Source: Vampirovibrionaceae bacterium NZW_1234 (GTDB taxonomy: Bacteria > Cyanobacteriota > Vampirovibrionia > Vampirovibrionales > JAGQHJ01). From it: a DNA stretch of 64,000 nucleotides. Under the pieces are notes generated by a model that made no database searches, was not told the DNA's origin, and saw only the letters and a program-made list of their open reading frames with translations. Location: the NCBI GenBank assembly GCA_041697335.1, contig JBGUGD010000010.1, forward strand, positions 28,883 through 92,882, given 5' to 3'. Positions 49,919-59,850 of this stretch are shown piece after piece. The position numbers were made by a program, and so were the translations under genes. How positions within the stretch are numbered: the first letter of the stretch is position 1; every line of letters starts with the position of its first letter.

Positions 49919-52900
49919 GCCGGTTCCTCCGTATTGTAGCAGGTGGCTGGGGCCGTCTGCCACGCTTTTCTTAAGGTCGAAACATCGGTTCTGACCACAG
50001 TTTTCTGGTGCTGATGAATGGTAAAGGCTCCATCAGCCGTGACCGTGCCCAGGACCATCAAGGGTATGTCCTGAAACGCCGCTTTGACGGCATCCACATG
50101 CTCGGGGGCCACACTCATTACAAAGCGGCTGGGGGACTCGCTAAAGAGCGCTTCATCCCAGCGCAACTCCGGGGAGTCGTTTAAGATGGGATCCAGCGAA
50201 ATGTCGGCGCCATAGGGGCTGGCCAGAGCACTTTCGGCCAGGGCGATGCCCAAGCCGCCATCGGACAGATCATGGCAGGAACGGATAAGACCCTGTTGGA
50301 TGCACTCGAAGGTTGCCTGGTAAAGTGCTTTTGCCAGGTGTGGCTTGACATGCGGGCAATAGCGAGAGTACCAGCCCTTGACCAGGTAGTACAACGAGCC
50401 ACCCATGTGGACATTGGTTTGCCCCGCCATCAGGATGACATCGCCGGGACGTTTAAAGTCCATGGAGACCGCTTTTTCAATGTCCGGGAGTTTGCCCATG
50501 GCTGAAATCAGGAGGGTGGGCACGATGGACAGGCGATAGGTGCCGTCGTCAAAATCGTTTTTCATGCTGTCTTTGCCCGAGATGAAGGGGGCACCATAGG
50601 TCACCGCGGTTTCGTAAAGCGCCTGGTTGGCCCGAACCAGTTGGGCCAGTTTGAGGCGCCCGTCATAGTTTCGGGGAGAGGCCACCGGGTCGGGCCAGCA
50701 GAAATTGTCCAGTAACACCATCGAGGCCGGATCTGCCCCCACGGCCACGGCATTGCGGATGGCTTCATCCACCGCGTTGGCCGCCATGTGATAGGGATCC
50801 CAGTCGCTAAAGTGGGGGCAAATGCCGTTGGAGACCACCAGGCCTTGGGCCTCACCCAGAATGGGTTGAATGACAGCGGCATCGCTGGGGCCGGTTTGCA
50901 GAGGACCCATCAGGGGCTTGATGACGCTGCGTCCCTGGACTTCGTGATCGTACTGGCGGATAAGGCTTTCCCGGCTGCAGACATTGGGGTGACTGAGCAT
51001 CTTCAGCAGAACCGGGGTGGCCGAACGCGGTGCCCGGGCGTAAATGGTGGGGAGTTTCTGGACTTCCCACACGGCTTCCAACTCCATTTGGGGTAGGCCG
51101 TTGTGGAGAAACGCCAAGTCCAACGAGCCCACCAGGGTGCCATTATACTGGATATCAAAGGTCCCTTGATCATGGAAGTGACCGATGGCGCTGAGTTCCA
51201 CATCGTACTGGGCGGCCAGCTTCAGAAGATCATCAATCCGGTTGGTGCTCAGGGTCATCCGCTCCTGGGATTCGGAAATAACCATTTCATAGGGGGCCAG
51301 GCCCGGATATTTCAGGGGAATTTGCTCTAGGTTCAAGAGGGCTCCGTTGGTTTCCTGAGCCATCTCGCCCACGGATGAGGACAGGCCACCGGCCCCATTG
51401 TCTGTCAGCCCCGTAATCAAGCCCTGATCCCGGGCGGCCATGAGAAAGTCGCTCAGGCGCTTTTGGGTCAAGGGGTCGCCAATTTGAACCGCCGACACCG
51501 GGGAGCCTTCATGCAAGGCCTCTGAGGAGAACGTGGCCCCATGGATGCCGTCTTTGCCGACACGTCCACCGGCCATGACGATGGTATCTCCGGGTTGGGT
51601 GTATTTCTCATAGCCCAAACCCTGAGGCACCTTCAGAGGCAAAAGGCCGCCAGTGCCACAAAAGACCAAGGGCTTCGCCCGGTAGCGTTGGTCAAAGACC
51701 AAGGCACCATTGACCGTGGGGATACCGCTTTTATTGCCGCCATCTTCCACGCCTTTTCGGACCCCTTTGAGAATGGCTTCCGGGGGAAGCATTTTGGGGC
51801 GCTGCACATAGGGCTTTTCCGGGTGGGCAAAACAGAAGACATCGGTATTGAACAGGGGCTTCGCCCCCATGCCGGTCCCGAGGATGTCCCGGTTGACCCC
51901 GACAATGCCGGTCAAGGCTCCACCATAAGGCTCTAGCGCGGAGGGGGAGTTGTGGGTTTCTACTTTGAAGCACACGGCGGTGGTGTCGTTCCACTGGACC
52001 ACCCCGGCGTTGTCCTTAAAGACCGACAGCAAGTCGGGGCGGGTGGGCATCAGTTTTTTCGTGGCCCCGGCAATATAGGTCTTAAACAGGCTGTCAATTT
52101 GGGTCACGCGGGGGTAATCGGGATCTGACGCATCGGTATAGGTGATTTTCGCGGCAAAGATCTTGTGCTTGCAGTGCTCGGACCAGGTTTGGGCAATGAT
52201 TTCCAACTCGACATCGGTGGGCCAGAGGCTCAAGCCCTTGGCCTTGCGGGCCTGTTGTGTACTGGGGGCTTGATAGTATGTCTGGATGACCTTCATCTCA
52301 TCCAGGGTTAATGCCAGATGGCGCTGCTGGCTCAAGGCCAATAGGTCGGCATCGTTGACATCCAAGGGGATGACATCGACAGGGGGAACCTGGGGGGCCA
52401 TCACATGGGGAAAGCCAAACCGGCTTGTCGCATGGGCCTGCCATTGGCTCGCCGGGTAGACCGACAGCCGTTGAACCAAGGGGTTGAATAACTGGTATTG
52501 GGCTTGTTGATAGAGAGCGTCAGGGGAGAAAGACGTTTTTGGCACCAGGTAAACGGTACCGGAGGCGACAGAAATGGCCGGAAGTGCCTGATCTGAGAAC
52601 AGCAATGACAGGCTTTTGCCCACTGTGGTCGCCAGGTTGTCGGTGACCCCCGGCAGGAACTGCTGCTCCATGATCCAGTCGATGGGCTGGGGCCAAGTGC
52701 TGAGGTCCAGCCACTGGGCGGTATCGGCCTGACTGAGATGGTAGGTTTGAACAACCGGATCGATGAGGGCCTGTCGGGCCAGGGTGTCCAGAATGCTGTC
52801 GATGGGGACGGGACTTGAAAACCAATACACCGGATAGCATGGAACCGGACCCACACCGGGCAGGTCCACGGTATCTGCCTGATCGGGGTTCTTCGGGACG

Positions 52901-52989
52901 ACATCCACCCGATAAATCAGGGAAGAGGCCGCCGACGGGGGGTCAGTCAAGGTGTGGGTATCTCGAGAAACGGTCTCAGCATGGGACAT
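49915..52989 (-). CDS. purL: FGAM synthase synthetase subunit with extended (PurS-like) N-terminus
   Basis: WSEHCKH, ETHNSPS, DNGAGG, SESQERM, QYDHEV, SGKDS, HDLSDGG. About 1024 aa from MSHAE. Confidence 0.96.
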   Translation of the reverse strand: MSHAETVSRDTHTLTDPPSAASSLIYRVDVVPKNPDQADTVDLPGVGPVPCYPVYWFSSPVPIDSILDTLARQALIDPVVQTYHLSQADTAQWLDLSTWPQPIDWIMEQQFLPGVTDNLATTVGKSLSLLFSDQALPAISVASGTVYLVPKTSFSPDALYQQAQYQLFNPLVQRLSVYPASQWQAHATSRFGFPHVMAPQVPPVDVIPLDVNDADLLALSQQRHLALTLDEMKVIQTYYQAPSTQQARKAKGLSLWPTDVELEIIAQTWSEHCKHKIFAAKITYTDASDPDYPRVTQIDSLFKTYIAGATKKLMPTRPDLLSVFKDNAGVVQWNDTTAVCFKVETHNSPSALEPYGGALTGIVGVNRDILGTGMGAKPLFNTDVFCFAHPEKPYVQRPKMLPPEAILKGVRKGVEDGGNKSGIPTVNGALVFDQRYRAKPLVFCGTGGLLPLKVPQGLGYEKYTQPGDTIVMAGGRVGKDGIHGATFSSEALHEGSPVSAVQIGDPLTQKRLSDFLMAARDQGLITGLTDNGAGGLSSSVGEMAQETNGALLNLEQIPLKYPGLAPYEMVISESQERMTLSTNRIDDLLKLAAQYDVELSAIGHFHDQGTFDIQYNGTLVGSLDLAFLHNGLPQMELEAVWEVQKLPTIYARAPRSATPVLLKMLSHPNVCSRESLIRQYDHEVQGRSVIKPLMGPLQTGPSDAAVIQPILGEAQGLVVSNGICPHFSDWDPYHMAANAVDEAIRNAVAVGADPASMVLLDNFCWPDPVASPRNYDGRLKLAQLVRANQALYETAVTYGAPFISGKDSMKNDFDDGTYRLSIVPTLLISAMGKLPDIEKAVSMDFKRPGDVILMAGQTNVHMGGSLYYLVKGWYSRYCPHVKPHLAKALYQATFECIQQGLIRSCHDLSDGGLGIALAESALASPYGADISLDPILNDSPELRWDEALFSESPSRFVMSVAPEHVDAVKAAFQDIPLMVLGTVTADGAFTIHQHQKTVVRTDVSTLRKAWQTAPATCYNTEEPA

Positions 52990-53623
52990 GGGAGGGTACC
53001 TCAATGTAGGAACGGCTGGCACCAGGGGGCGTATGAAAGCGTAGGACGTTTTGGGCCAGAAGCTGAAGCGCTTCCGGGTACAGTTGATGCTCCAGGGCCA
53101 GGCCTCGGGCTTTAAAGGTTTCCAGGGTATCGTCATCCCGGCGCTCAAAGGTCCGTTGCAGTAGGATCGGGCCGTTGTCCATGGCTTCATCCACGAAATG
53201 CACCGTCACGCCGGAGACTTTGACGCCGTAATGGAAAGCGTCGTCATAGGCTTGGGTGCCGGGAAAGGCTGGAAGCAGCGATGGATGGATATTGACGATA
53301 CGGTAATGGGTGTCGGTCTTGAAGGGGGCTAAGAACGAAGGGGTCATCAGGCGCATATAGCCCGCCAGGACCACGTAGTCAATCTCATGCCGTGAAAGCT
53401 CGGACAGCATCCGGGCTTCGTGATCTTCGCGGCTAAGCCCTTTATGCGGGATGCAGACGGTGGGAAGGCCAGCCTGCTGCCCAATTTCCAAGACGGGCGC
53501 GCCTTCCACGTTGGCAATGAGGCATTGCACCTGGGCGTCGAGGGTGCCGTTTTCGATGGCATCCAGGATGGCCCGAACGTTTGATCCTCGTCCGGAGGCA
53601 AGAAGGGCTATTTTGAGAGACAT
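52976..53623 (-). CDS. purN: Phosphoribosylglycinamide formyltransferase
   Basis: ASGRGSN, LAGYMR, NIHPSLLPAFPG, GVTVHFV..D.GPI, EH.LYP. Confidence 0.97.
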   Translation of the reverse strand: MSLKIALLASGRGSNVRAILDAIENGTLDAQVQCLIANVEGAPVLEIGQQAGLPTVCIPHKGLSREDHEARMLSELSRHEIDYVVLAGYMRLMTPSFLAPFKTDTHYRIVNIHPSLLPAFPGTQAYDDAFHYGVKVSGVTVHFVDEAMDNGPILLQRTFERRDDDTLETFKARGLALEHQLYPEALQLLAQNVLRFHTPPGASRSYIEVPSHVPC

Positions 53624-54912
53624 AGGGCCACGTCCTTGGCAATGTCCGTGCGACATGCCATGCCGGTAAAGTGAATCTGATCGACTGCCCCATAAGCAAT
53701 GCTGGTGGCTTCCGGGAGCGATGGGCCGACGCCCACCACGTTTAAGATCCGACCGCCCTGGGTTACGAGGGAATTGTCCTGATTCAGGGCTGTCCCGGCA
53801 TGGAAGACAATGACGTCGTCCGGCCACTGAGTGGGCATGGTGATCGGTTCACCGGAACTGCCTTGCTGAGGATAGGTGTCTGCGGTCAGGACCACGCACA
53901 CAGCCGCATTGGCGTGCCAGATAACCTCATGCTGATCCAGGGTGCCGTCCACACAAGCCCAGAACAAGGGCACGATATCCGACTCCAGGCGGGGCAGAAG
54001 ACACTGGGTTTCAGGATCGCCAAAGCGGGCGTTAAATTCCAGGATATAAGGTGCGTCATTGACCATCATCAGCCCGACGTAGAGGAGGCCTTTAAAGGTA
54101 AAGTCGGCTTGTCGCAAGGCCTCGGCCAGAGGGGTTAATACCTGTTTGGCCACCCGATCTTCCCAGACGGAGTAGTTGGGAACAGGGGAGTAGGAACCCA
54201 TGCCACCAGTGTTCGGCCCTTGGTTGCCATCGAACCGGCGTTTGAAGTCCTGGCTGCTGGCCAGGGGGATCAGGGTCTGGCCATCGGACAAGACCATCAA
54301 CGACACTTCGGGGCCGTGCAAGCGCTCTTCAACAACCACACGCTGGCCGGATGCTCCAAAGCGGTTGGCTTCGAAGATTTCCTGAAGGGCCTCTTGGCAC
54401 TGCTCCAGGGTGTCACAGACATACACGCCTTTGCCCAGGGCCAAGCCGTCCACTTTAATGACTCTTGCCCACGTATGTTGGGCACAGTAGGCGTAGGCTT
54501 CCGTCGGGTTGTCAAAGACGGCAAAGCGGGCAGTGGGCAGATGATGTGTCTCCATGAATTCCTTGGAAAAGGCCTTGCTGCTTTCCAGTCTTGCGGCCGC
54601 TTGCGTGGGGCCGAAAATCGAGAGGCCTTCGGCGTGAAACGCATCAACCACCCCATCGGCAAGGGCATTATCCGGGCCGACCACCGTTAAGGCAATGCCC
54701 TGGTCTTTGGCAAAGGCCACCAGCGCCGGGAAGTCCGAGGCACTGATGGGGACATTTTGGGTTTTATCCGTGGTCGCCGTGCCGCCATTGCCCGGGGCAC
54801 AATACACCCTGTCAACCAGCGGACTTTGGGCCAGCTTCCAGCACAGTGCATGCTCTCGGCCGCCGCTGCCGATGACCAGAATCTTCTGATGGGGGGTGGT
54901 GGCACGTGTCAT
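53608..54912 (-). CDS. purD: Phosphoribosylamine--glycine ligase
   Basis: GSGGREHAL, PGNGG, K.DGLA.GKGV, GPNTGGMG, EFNARFGDPE. Confidence 0.98.
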   Translation of the reverse strand: MTRATTPHQKILVIGSGGREHALCWKLAQSPLVDRVYCAPGNGGTATTDKTQNVPISASDFPALVAFAKDQGIALTVVGPDNALADGVVDAFHAEGLSIFGPTQAAARLESSKAFSKEFMETHHLPTARFAVFDNPTEAYAYCAQHTWARVIKVDGLALGKGVYVCDTLEQCQEALQEIFEANRFGASGQRVVVEERLHGPEVSLMVLSDGQTLIPLASSQDFKRRFDGNQGPNTGGMGSYSPVPNYSVWEDRVAKQVLTPLAEALRQADFTFKGLLYVGLMMVNDAPYILEFNARFGDPETQCLLPRLESDIVPLFWACVDGTLDQHEVIWHANAAVCVVLTADTYPQQGSSGEPITMPTQWPDDVIVFHAGTALNQDNSLVTQGGRILNVVGVGPSLPEATSIAYGAVDQIHFTGMACRTDIAKDVALCLSK

Positions 54913-56111
54913 ACTGTGGCAGCTCCTATGGGTTGCGGGGGGTGCGTTTTCATGGCGTCAATCAGGGCATCCAGGGCCACGGCTGACCCGATGTAGGGGG
55001 CGTCAAAAAGATGGTTGACCAGGGCGCCATAAAGATTGTCTACCAGGTGTTTTTGAGAGGAGGGCAGGGCCGACGGGGCTTGACCCAATTCCTGCTGGCA
55101 GATGTCTTTCCAATCCTCGCCGGGGCGGGTGTCCGCCAGAAGCTTGGCTTCTCGAACCGCATGCTCCCAGGGGGTGCTGCGATAGAACTGGCGAATCAGT
55201 TCTTTGGAGAGGTGGACTTGATGCCGAAGGAGCCGCAACTCGTCGGGGCCGATGCTGTCCACCAGGATAATGCCTTCCGGGGTCCAGGCAAATTCGAATT
55301 TGCCGTCCCAAAGCTCGATGCCTCGCTGGGCAAAGAATCGATACAGCCACAGGGAGACCAAGAGGGCCGTATCATAGAGACCGGCAAACTGGGACTCGGT
55401 GAGGGCCGAGATAAAGTAGGCCTCCTGGGAGGTGAGGAACCGATCCGTGGGTTCGAGCTTGGTAAAGAACTCAATGACGGGTCGAGAGAAGAGGGTCTCA
55501 GGCTGCGGTGGCTCTAAGAGGCCCAGAGTGCGGTAATAACCGCTGTCGGCCTTCAGGCGTTTTTCCAGCGAGCTGCCTTGGGGCATGCCAAAGCGAAACA
55601 CTACCTCCAAGGGGATCAATGCCGGGATGCTGGAGGGGACCACCGTAAAGTCATAGGTATAGAGGGTCTGTCTGTCTACATGAAAGGCCGTGGGGCGACT
55701 GACATGGACCGAGCGCACCTTCATCAGTGGGGCACTGGGATACTCGGCCAGATCGTCCGAGCTAAGGCTTTGGCCGTCCGGGGTGGACCACCCCAGGAAA
55801 TGATGGCCAAGGCCATCCTGACAGAGCTTCTGAAAGGTCGGGCTGGCGAATACCTGGGCCCGAAAGTCGGGGGACAACGCGTGCAATTCCTCCGCCTGGG
55901 GTAAGGAACGCCACGTTTCGGGCAGGGCCAGTTGCCGAAACAGGAGGCCGCCTAAAATCGACAGCGCTTTGCCTTTATGGGCAATAGTGTCCGGCATCTT
56001 GCCCCAGTCAAAGATGGAGTAGTCGTCGGTAAAGTGGAAGTAGTTGATGGCCGGGTTTTTGACGTCTTGAAAGACGGTTTTGACCGATCCCTCGTAAATC
56101 GGCTTCATCAT
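54909..56111 (-). CDS. purC: SAICAR synthase (long variant)
   Basis: GSVK, FTDDYSIFDWGKMPD, IPLEVVFR, FFTKLE, DGKFEF, DSIGPDELR, SKELIR. Confidence 0.9.
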   Translation of the reverse strand: MMKPIYEGSVKTVFQDVKNPAINYFHFTDDYSIFDWGKMPDTIAHKGKALSILGGLLFRQLALPETWRSLPQAEELHALSPDFRAQVFASPTFQKLCQDGLGHHFLGWSTPDGQSLSSDDLAEYPSAPLMKVRSVHVSRPTAFHVDRQTLYTYDFTVVPSSIPALIPLEVVFRFGMPQGSSLEKRLKADSGYYRTLGLLEPPQPETLFSRPVIEFFTKLEPTDRFLTSQEAYFISALTESQFAGLYDTALLVSLWLYRFFAQRGIELWDGKFEFAWTPEGIILVDSIGPDELRLLRHQVHLSKELIRQFYRSTPWEHAVREAKLLADTRPGEDWKDICQQELGQAPSALPSSQKHLVDNLYGALVNHLFDAPYIGSAVALDALIDAMKTHPPQPIGAATV

Positions 56112-57559
56112 CCTGCGGGGACCTCCTGTTTGGGGGGCTCGTTTCGCTCTTGGGCCCGCTGGGTTTCAAAGCGGCTGGCATCGGAGATGTCGGTGGGGTA
56201 TTCGCCACTGAGGCAGGCTGTACACAAGGCTTTGGTTTGCAAGGCTTCTGCCAGACCCTGAAGGGTTTGGTAGACAACTTTATCAACCCCGAGAACCCCT
56301 GAAAGTTCTTCCTGGCGGTATTGGCCCGCCAAAAGCTCTTGACGGCTCGGGAAGTCGATGCCGTAGTAGCAGGGGTACTGGATGGGCGGGCAGGTCGAAG
56401 CCAGGTAGATCTCCTGGGCACCGCACTTTCGCATCAGCTCCACGATCTGAATGGCTGTGTTGCCCCGGACGATACTGTCGTCTACCACGAGGATCTTCTT
56501 GCCGGCAAGCTCGGAGGCCACCGGGTAGAGCTTTCGTCGAATCGCTTCCTGGCGGGCCGACTGGGATTCGAGAATGAAGGTCCGGTTGACGTAGCGGTTC
56601 TTGATAAGGACTTCCCGGAAGGGCACATTCAGGCTTTCCGCAAGTGCGATGGCCGAAATGCGACTGGTTTCCGGCACCGGGACAACAATGTCCGGCGTAA
56701 TCCCCAGGCGGCGCACTTCGGTCGCGAGGCTCAAGCCCAGATTGAACCGGGCCTGATAGACCGACAGATCGTCCATCTTGGATTCGACCCGGGCAAAGTA
56801 GACCCATTCAAACATGCAGTGCTGGACCTGGGTCTGGGTGTAGTGGCGTCGCTCGACAAGTCCTTGGGGGGGCACGACGACGACTTCGCCCGCGTTGACA
56901 TTGGAAAGATCGCTGTAGCCAATGAACTCCAGGGCCATGGACTCACTGGCAAAGGCATAGGTTGTCGTGTCAGCCTGATCGCCCGGACGGCTTCCCATCA
57001 CCAGGGGGCGAAGGCCGTTAGGGTCCCGGAAGGCAAACAAGCCGATGTCTTTGGCAATGCCCACCACCGAGTAGCTACCCACCAGGGTTTCGGAGAGAAC
57101 CTTGAGGCTTTTCACCAGGCCATCAAGATGATAGCCGTGACGCTGAAGCTCCTGGCTCAAGAGCCATAAGATGAGCTCGGAGTCGGACCCGGTCGCGAGC
57201 GCATCCGGGTGTGTCTGGCGAATCTGCTCTCTAAGGCTGTGGTAGTTAACCAGGTTGCCATTGTGGGCGATGGCCACCCCGGTGGCTGCATCGAAAAAGG
57301 GTTGAAGCAAGGCCATGTCTTTCTTGCCGGTGGTGGCATAGCGGGTGTGGCCGATGCCGGTTGTCCCAGTGAGGCGGGCAAAGTTTTCCGGAGGAAAGGC
57401 AATGTCGACCAGGCCCATGCCATGTTGATGGGAGAAGCCGGTTTCATCCAGGGTGACAATGCCGCCGCCGTCCTGGCCGCGGTGTTGTAGGTTTTGAAGA
57501 CCGAGAAATATCTCTTTGGCAACTTCTGAGGAGTTCGTGACGCCGATAATGCCACACAT
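56108..57559 (-). CDS. purF: Amidophosphoribosyltransferase
   Basis: MCGIIG, LQHRGQD, GHTRY, HNGNL, CMFEWVYFAR, VDDSIVRG. Alternative ATG at 57577. Confidence 0.98.
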   Translation of the reverse strand: MCGIIGVTNSSEVAKEIFLGLQNLQHRGQDGGGIVTLDETGFSHQHGMGLVDIAFPPENFARLTGTTGIGHTRYATTGKKDMALLQPFFDAATGVAIAHNGNLVNYHSLREQIRQTHPDALATGSDSELILWLLSQELQRHGYHLDGLVKSLKVLSETLVGSYSVVGIAKDIGLFAFRDPNGLRPLVMGSRPGDQADTTTYAFASESMALEFIGYSDLSNVNAGEVVVVPPQGLVERRHYTQTQVQHCMFEWVYFARVESKMDDLSVYQARFNLGLSLATEVRRLGITPDIVVPVPETSRISAIALAESLNVPFREVLIKNRYVNRTFILESQSARQEAIRRKLYPVASELAGKKILVVDDSIVRGNTAIQIVELMRKCGAQEIYLASTCPPIQYPCYYGIDFPSRQELLAGQYRQEELSGVLGVDKVVYQTLQGLAEALQTKALCTACLSGEYPTDISDASRFETQRAQERNEPPKQEVPAG

Positions 57560-57845
57560 ATGCGAGGGGAAGGCCATCCAGGTTGCGTATTACCTGCCTA
57601 TTTTAGCGCAGAAAAAAAGGGTTGAAAAGCCTTTGGTTTCCACTGCCGTGTTTGTCCTGGGGGTTTTGCTGCGGGCAGGGCACGGTACGAGTGCTTGAAA
57701 ACCCTGAGGGATAGCTGATTTGGGCCATGAGGGTGTTGGGGTCGATTCACGTCTTTGGTTGGGAGGGCAATGTGGTGTGGCCCGGCGTTTTTTTTGAGGT
57801 AACATACTGACCATGGCGAGCACAGACACAAAAGGTGGTACACGC

Positions 57846-59765
57846 ATGACGGCATCTCCCGTTTCACAACCAACGCTTCCCCCGGCCCATAGCGCAGTCC
57901 AGAAGGTGGCTATCCTCGATTGCGGGGCGCAATACACCAAGGTCATCGATCGGCGCGTCCGGGAGTTGAACGTCTGCTCCGACATTTTGCCGATGACGAC
58001 TCCGGCATCGGCTCTGGAAGGCTATGCAGCCATTATTCTCTCCGGGGGGCCCAACAGTGTCTTTGCCGACGATGCCCCGGCCTTTGACGATCAGGTGTTG
58101 GCCTTGGGCCTGCCGGTCTTGGGGATTTGTTACGGCATGCAGCTTCTGGCCCATCATTTGGGCGGGCAGGTGCAGCCGGGGGTGGTCAAGGAATTCGGCG
58201 AGACCGTGATTGAGGCAAACCCCGAGAGCCTGCTATTTGCCGATTTACCTGCCCGCCAAACGGTGTTGATGAGCCATGGGGATAAGGTGGCCCAGTTGCC
58301 GCCCGGCTTTGTGTCCCTGGCCACGTCTGGGGATATTCTGGCTGCGATGGGCGATGCCGAGCGGCGCATTTACGGCGTGCAGTTCCACCCGGAAGTCGAG
58401 TTGTCCGAGCATGGGGTGGCACTCTTGCAGAACTTCCTCTATCGGGTGGCCGGGTTGACGGGGGATTTCCCGTTGAGTGACCGGCTTCAGGACAGCATTG
58501 CCGAGATTCAAGAGCAGGTGGGTGATGGCAACGTCTTTGTCCTGGTCAGTGGCGGGGTGGATTCGGCCGTGACCGCGGCGCTTCTGCTCAAGGCGCTGGG
58601 GCCCGAGAAGGTCTATGCCCTGCATGTGGATACCGGCTTTATGCGCCACGAAGAGAGCGATACGGTGTGTGAGGCTTTGAAGGCTTTGGGGCTGAAGCAC
58701 TTGCAGCACCTGAAGGCCGAGCAGGACTTTTTGAACGCGACGACCGACATTGACGGGCGCCATGTGGGCCCTTTGTCTCAAGTCTCTAACCCTGAGGACA
58801 AGCGCCGCATTATTGGCGATACCTTCTTTCACCTGACCCAGGCCGCCATTGAGGCGATGAACCTGGACCTGGACGCGACCTTTATTGCCCAAGGGACCTT
58901 GCGCCCCGATCTGATTGAGAGCGGCAATGTCGGGGTCAGCCAGATTGCCCACAAGATCAAGACCCATCACAATGACGTGCCCTTGATTCAGGCCCAGCGC
59001 GAGAAGGGGCTGATCATTGAACCCAACCGGGATTGGCACAAGGATGAAGTGCGCCGGGTGGGGGCGATGCTGGGCTTGACCCAGGATGTCGTGGAGCGTC
59101 AACCGTTTCCGGGCCCGGGCTTGGCGATTCGGTTATTGTGTACCGATACCCCCTATGTGACCGAGGACTTTGACGCCTTGAACCAGGCCGTGCATCAACG
59201 GGCCCAAGGTGTTGGGCTTCAGGGGCAGGTGCTGCCGGTAAAGTCCGTTGGGGTGCAAGGGGATTATCGCTCCTACAGTTATCTGGCCGTTTTAAGCGGC
59301 CCCTATGTCCGGGATTGGGAGGCCTTGAAGGCTGTGGCCGTTGAAATCCCCAATACCCTGCACCAGATCAACCGGGTGGCCCTGGTGTTGAACCGGGATG
59401 TTACCTTGGCGCCGGTGATTCGTCATGTGACGCCCACGTTCCTGTCGCCTGAGAGCCTGGGACTGCTTCGGGCCATGGATCATACCGTGAACGAGCATCT
59501 GAGGGCCGCCGGTGTCCTCTCGAAGACCAACCAGTTGTTGACGGTGCTGGTGCCGGTGGATGCCCATCAAGAAGGACGTCACAGTGTGGCCATCCGGGCC
59601 GTGGTGACCTCCGACTATATGACGGCTCGCCCCGCCAAACTGGGCAGTGAGCTGCCCTGGGAGGTCATGGAGTCGTTGGCCGAAACCCTGGTGGCCCAGT
59701 ACCCGGTGGATTGGGTGATGTACGATATGACCTCCAAGCCGCCCGCCACGGTCGAGTGGGAATAG
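57846..59765 (+). CDS. guaA: GMP synthase (glutamine-hydrolysing), long form
   Basis: GICYGMQ, QFHPEV, SGGVDS, KTHHN, PFPGPGLAIR, KPPATVEWE. Confidence 0.97.
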   Translation: MTASPVSQPTLPPAHSAVQKVAILDCGAQYTKVIDRRVRELNVCSDILPMTTPASALEGYAAIILSGGPNSVFADDAPAFDDQVLALGLPVLGICYGMQLLAHHLGGQVQPGVVKEFGETVIEANPESLLFADLPARQTVLMSHGDKVAQLPPGFVSLATSGDILAAMGDAERRIYGVQFHPEVELSEHGVALLQNFLYRVAGLTGDFPLSDRLQDSIAEIQEQVGDGNVFVLVSGGVDSAVTAALLLKALGPEKVYALHVDTGFMRHEESDTVCEALKALGLKHLQHLKAEQDFLNATTDIDGRHVGPLSQVSNPEDKRRIIGDTFFHLTQAAIEAMNLDLDATFIAQGTLRPDLIESGNVGVSQIAHKIKTHHNDVPLIQAQREKGLIIEPNRDWHKDEVRRVGAMLGLTQDVVERQPFPGPGLAIRLLCTDTPYVTEDFDALNQAVHQRAQGVGLQGQVLPVKSVGVQGDYRSYSYLAVLSGPYVRDWEALKAVAVEIPNTLHQINRVALVLNRDVTLAPVIRHVTPTFLSPESLGLLRAMDHTVNEHLRAAGVLSKTNQLLTVLVPVDAHQEGRHSVAIRAVVTSDYMTARPAKLGSELPWEVMESLAETLVAQYPVDWVMYDMTSKPPATVEWE

Positions 59766-59794
59766 GCCGCATCGCAATAGACGTTCAGGTTTCT

Positions 59795-59825
59795 GCGCCG
59801 TACGCGCAAATTGCGCGTACGGCGC
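59795..59825. repeat. Perfect 15-bp inverted repeat between convergent guaA and kbl
   Basis: GCGCCGTACGCGCAA-A-TTGCGCGTACGGCGC. Confidence 0.9.
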
Positions 59826-59850
59826 GTGTCTTGAGGCGTGCCAACGGGCG

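Noticed and set aside
57578..57845. Purine or ZTP riboswitch between purF and guaA
   Set aside because: No recognisable aptamer consensus or terminator on either strand.
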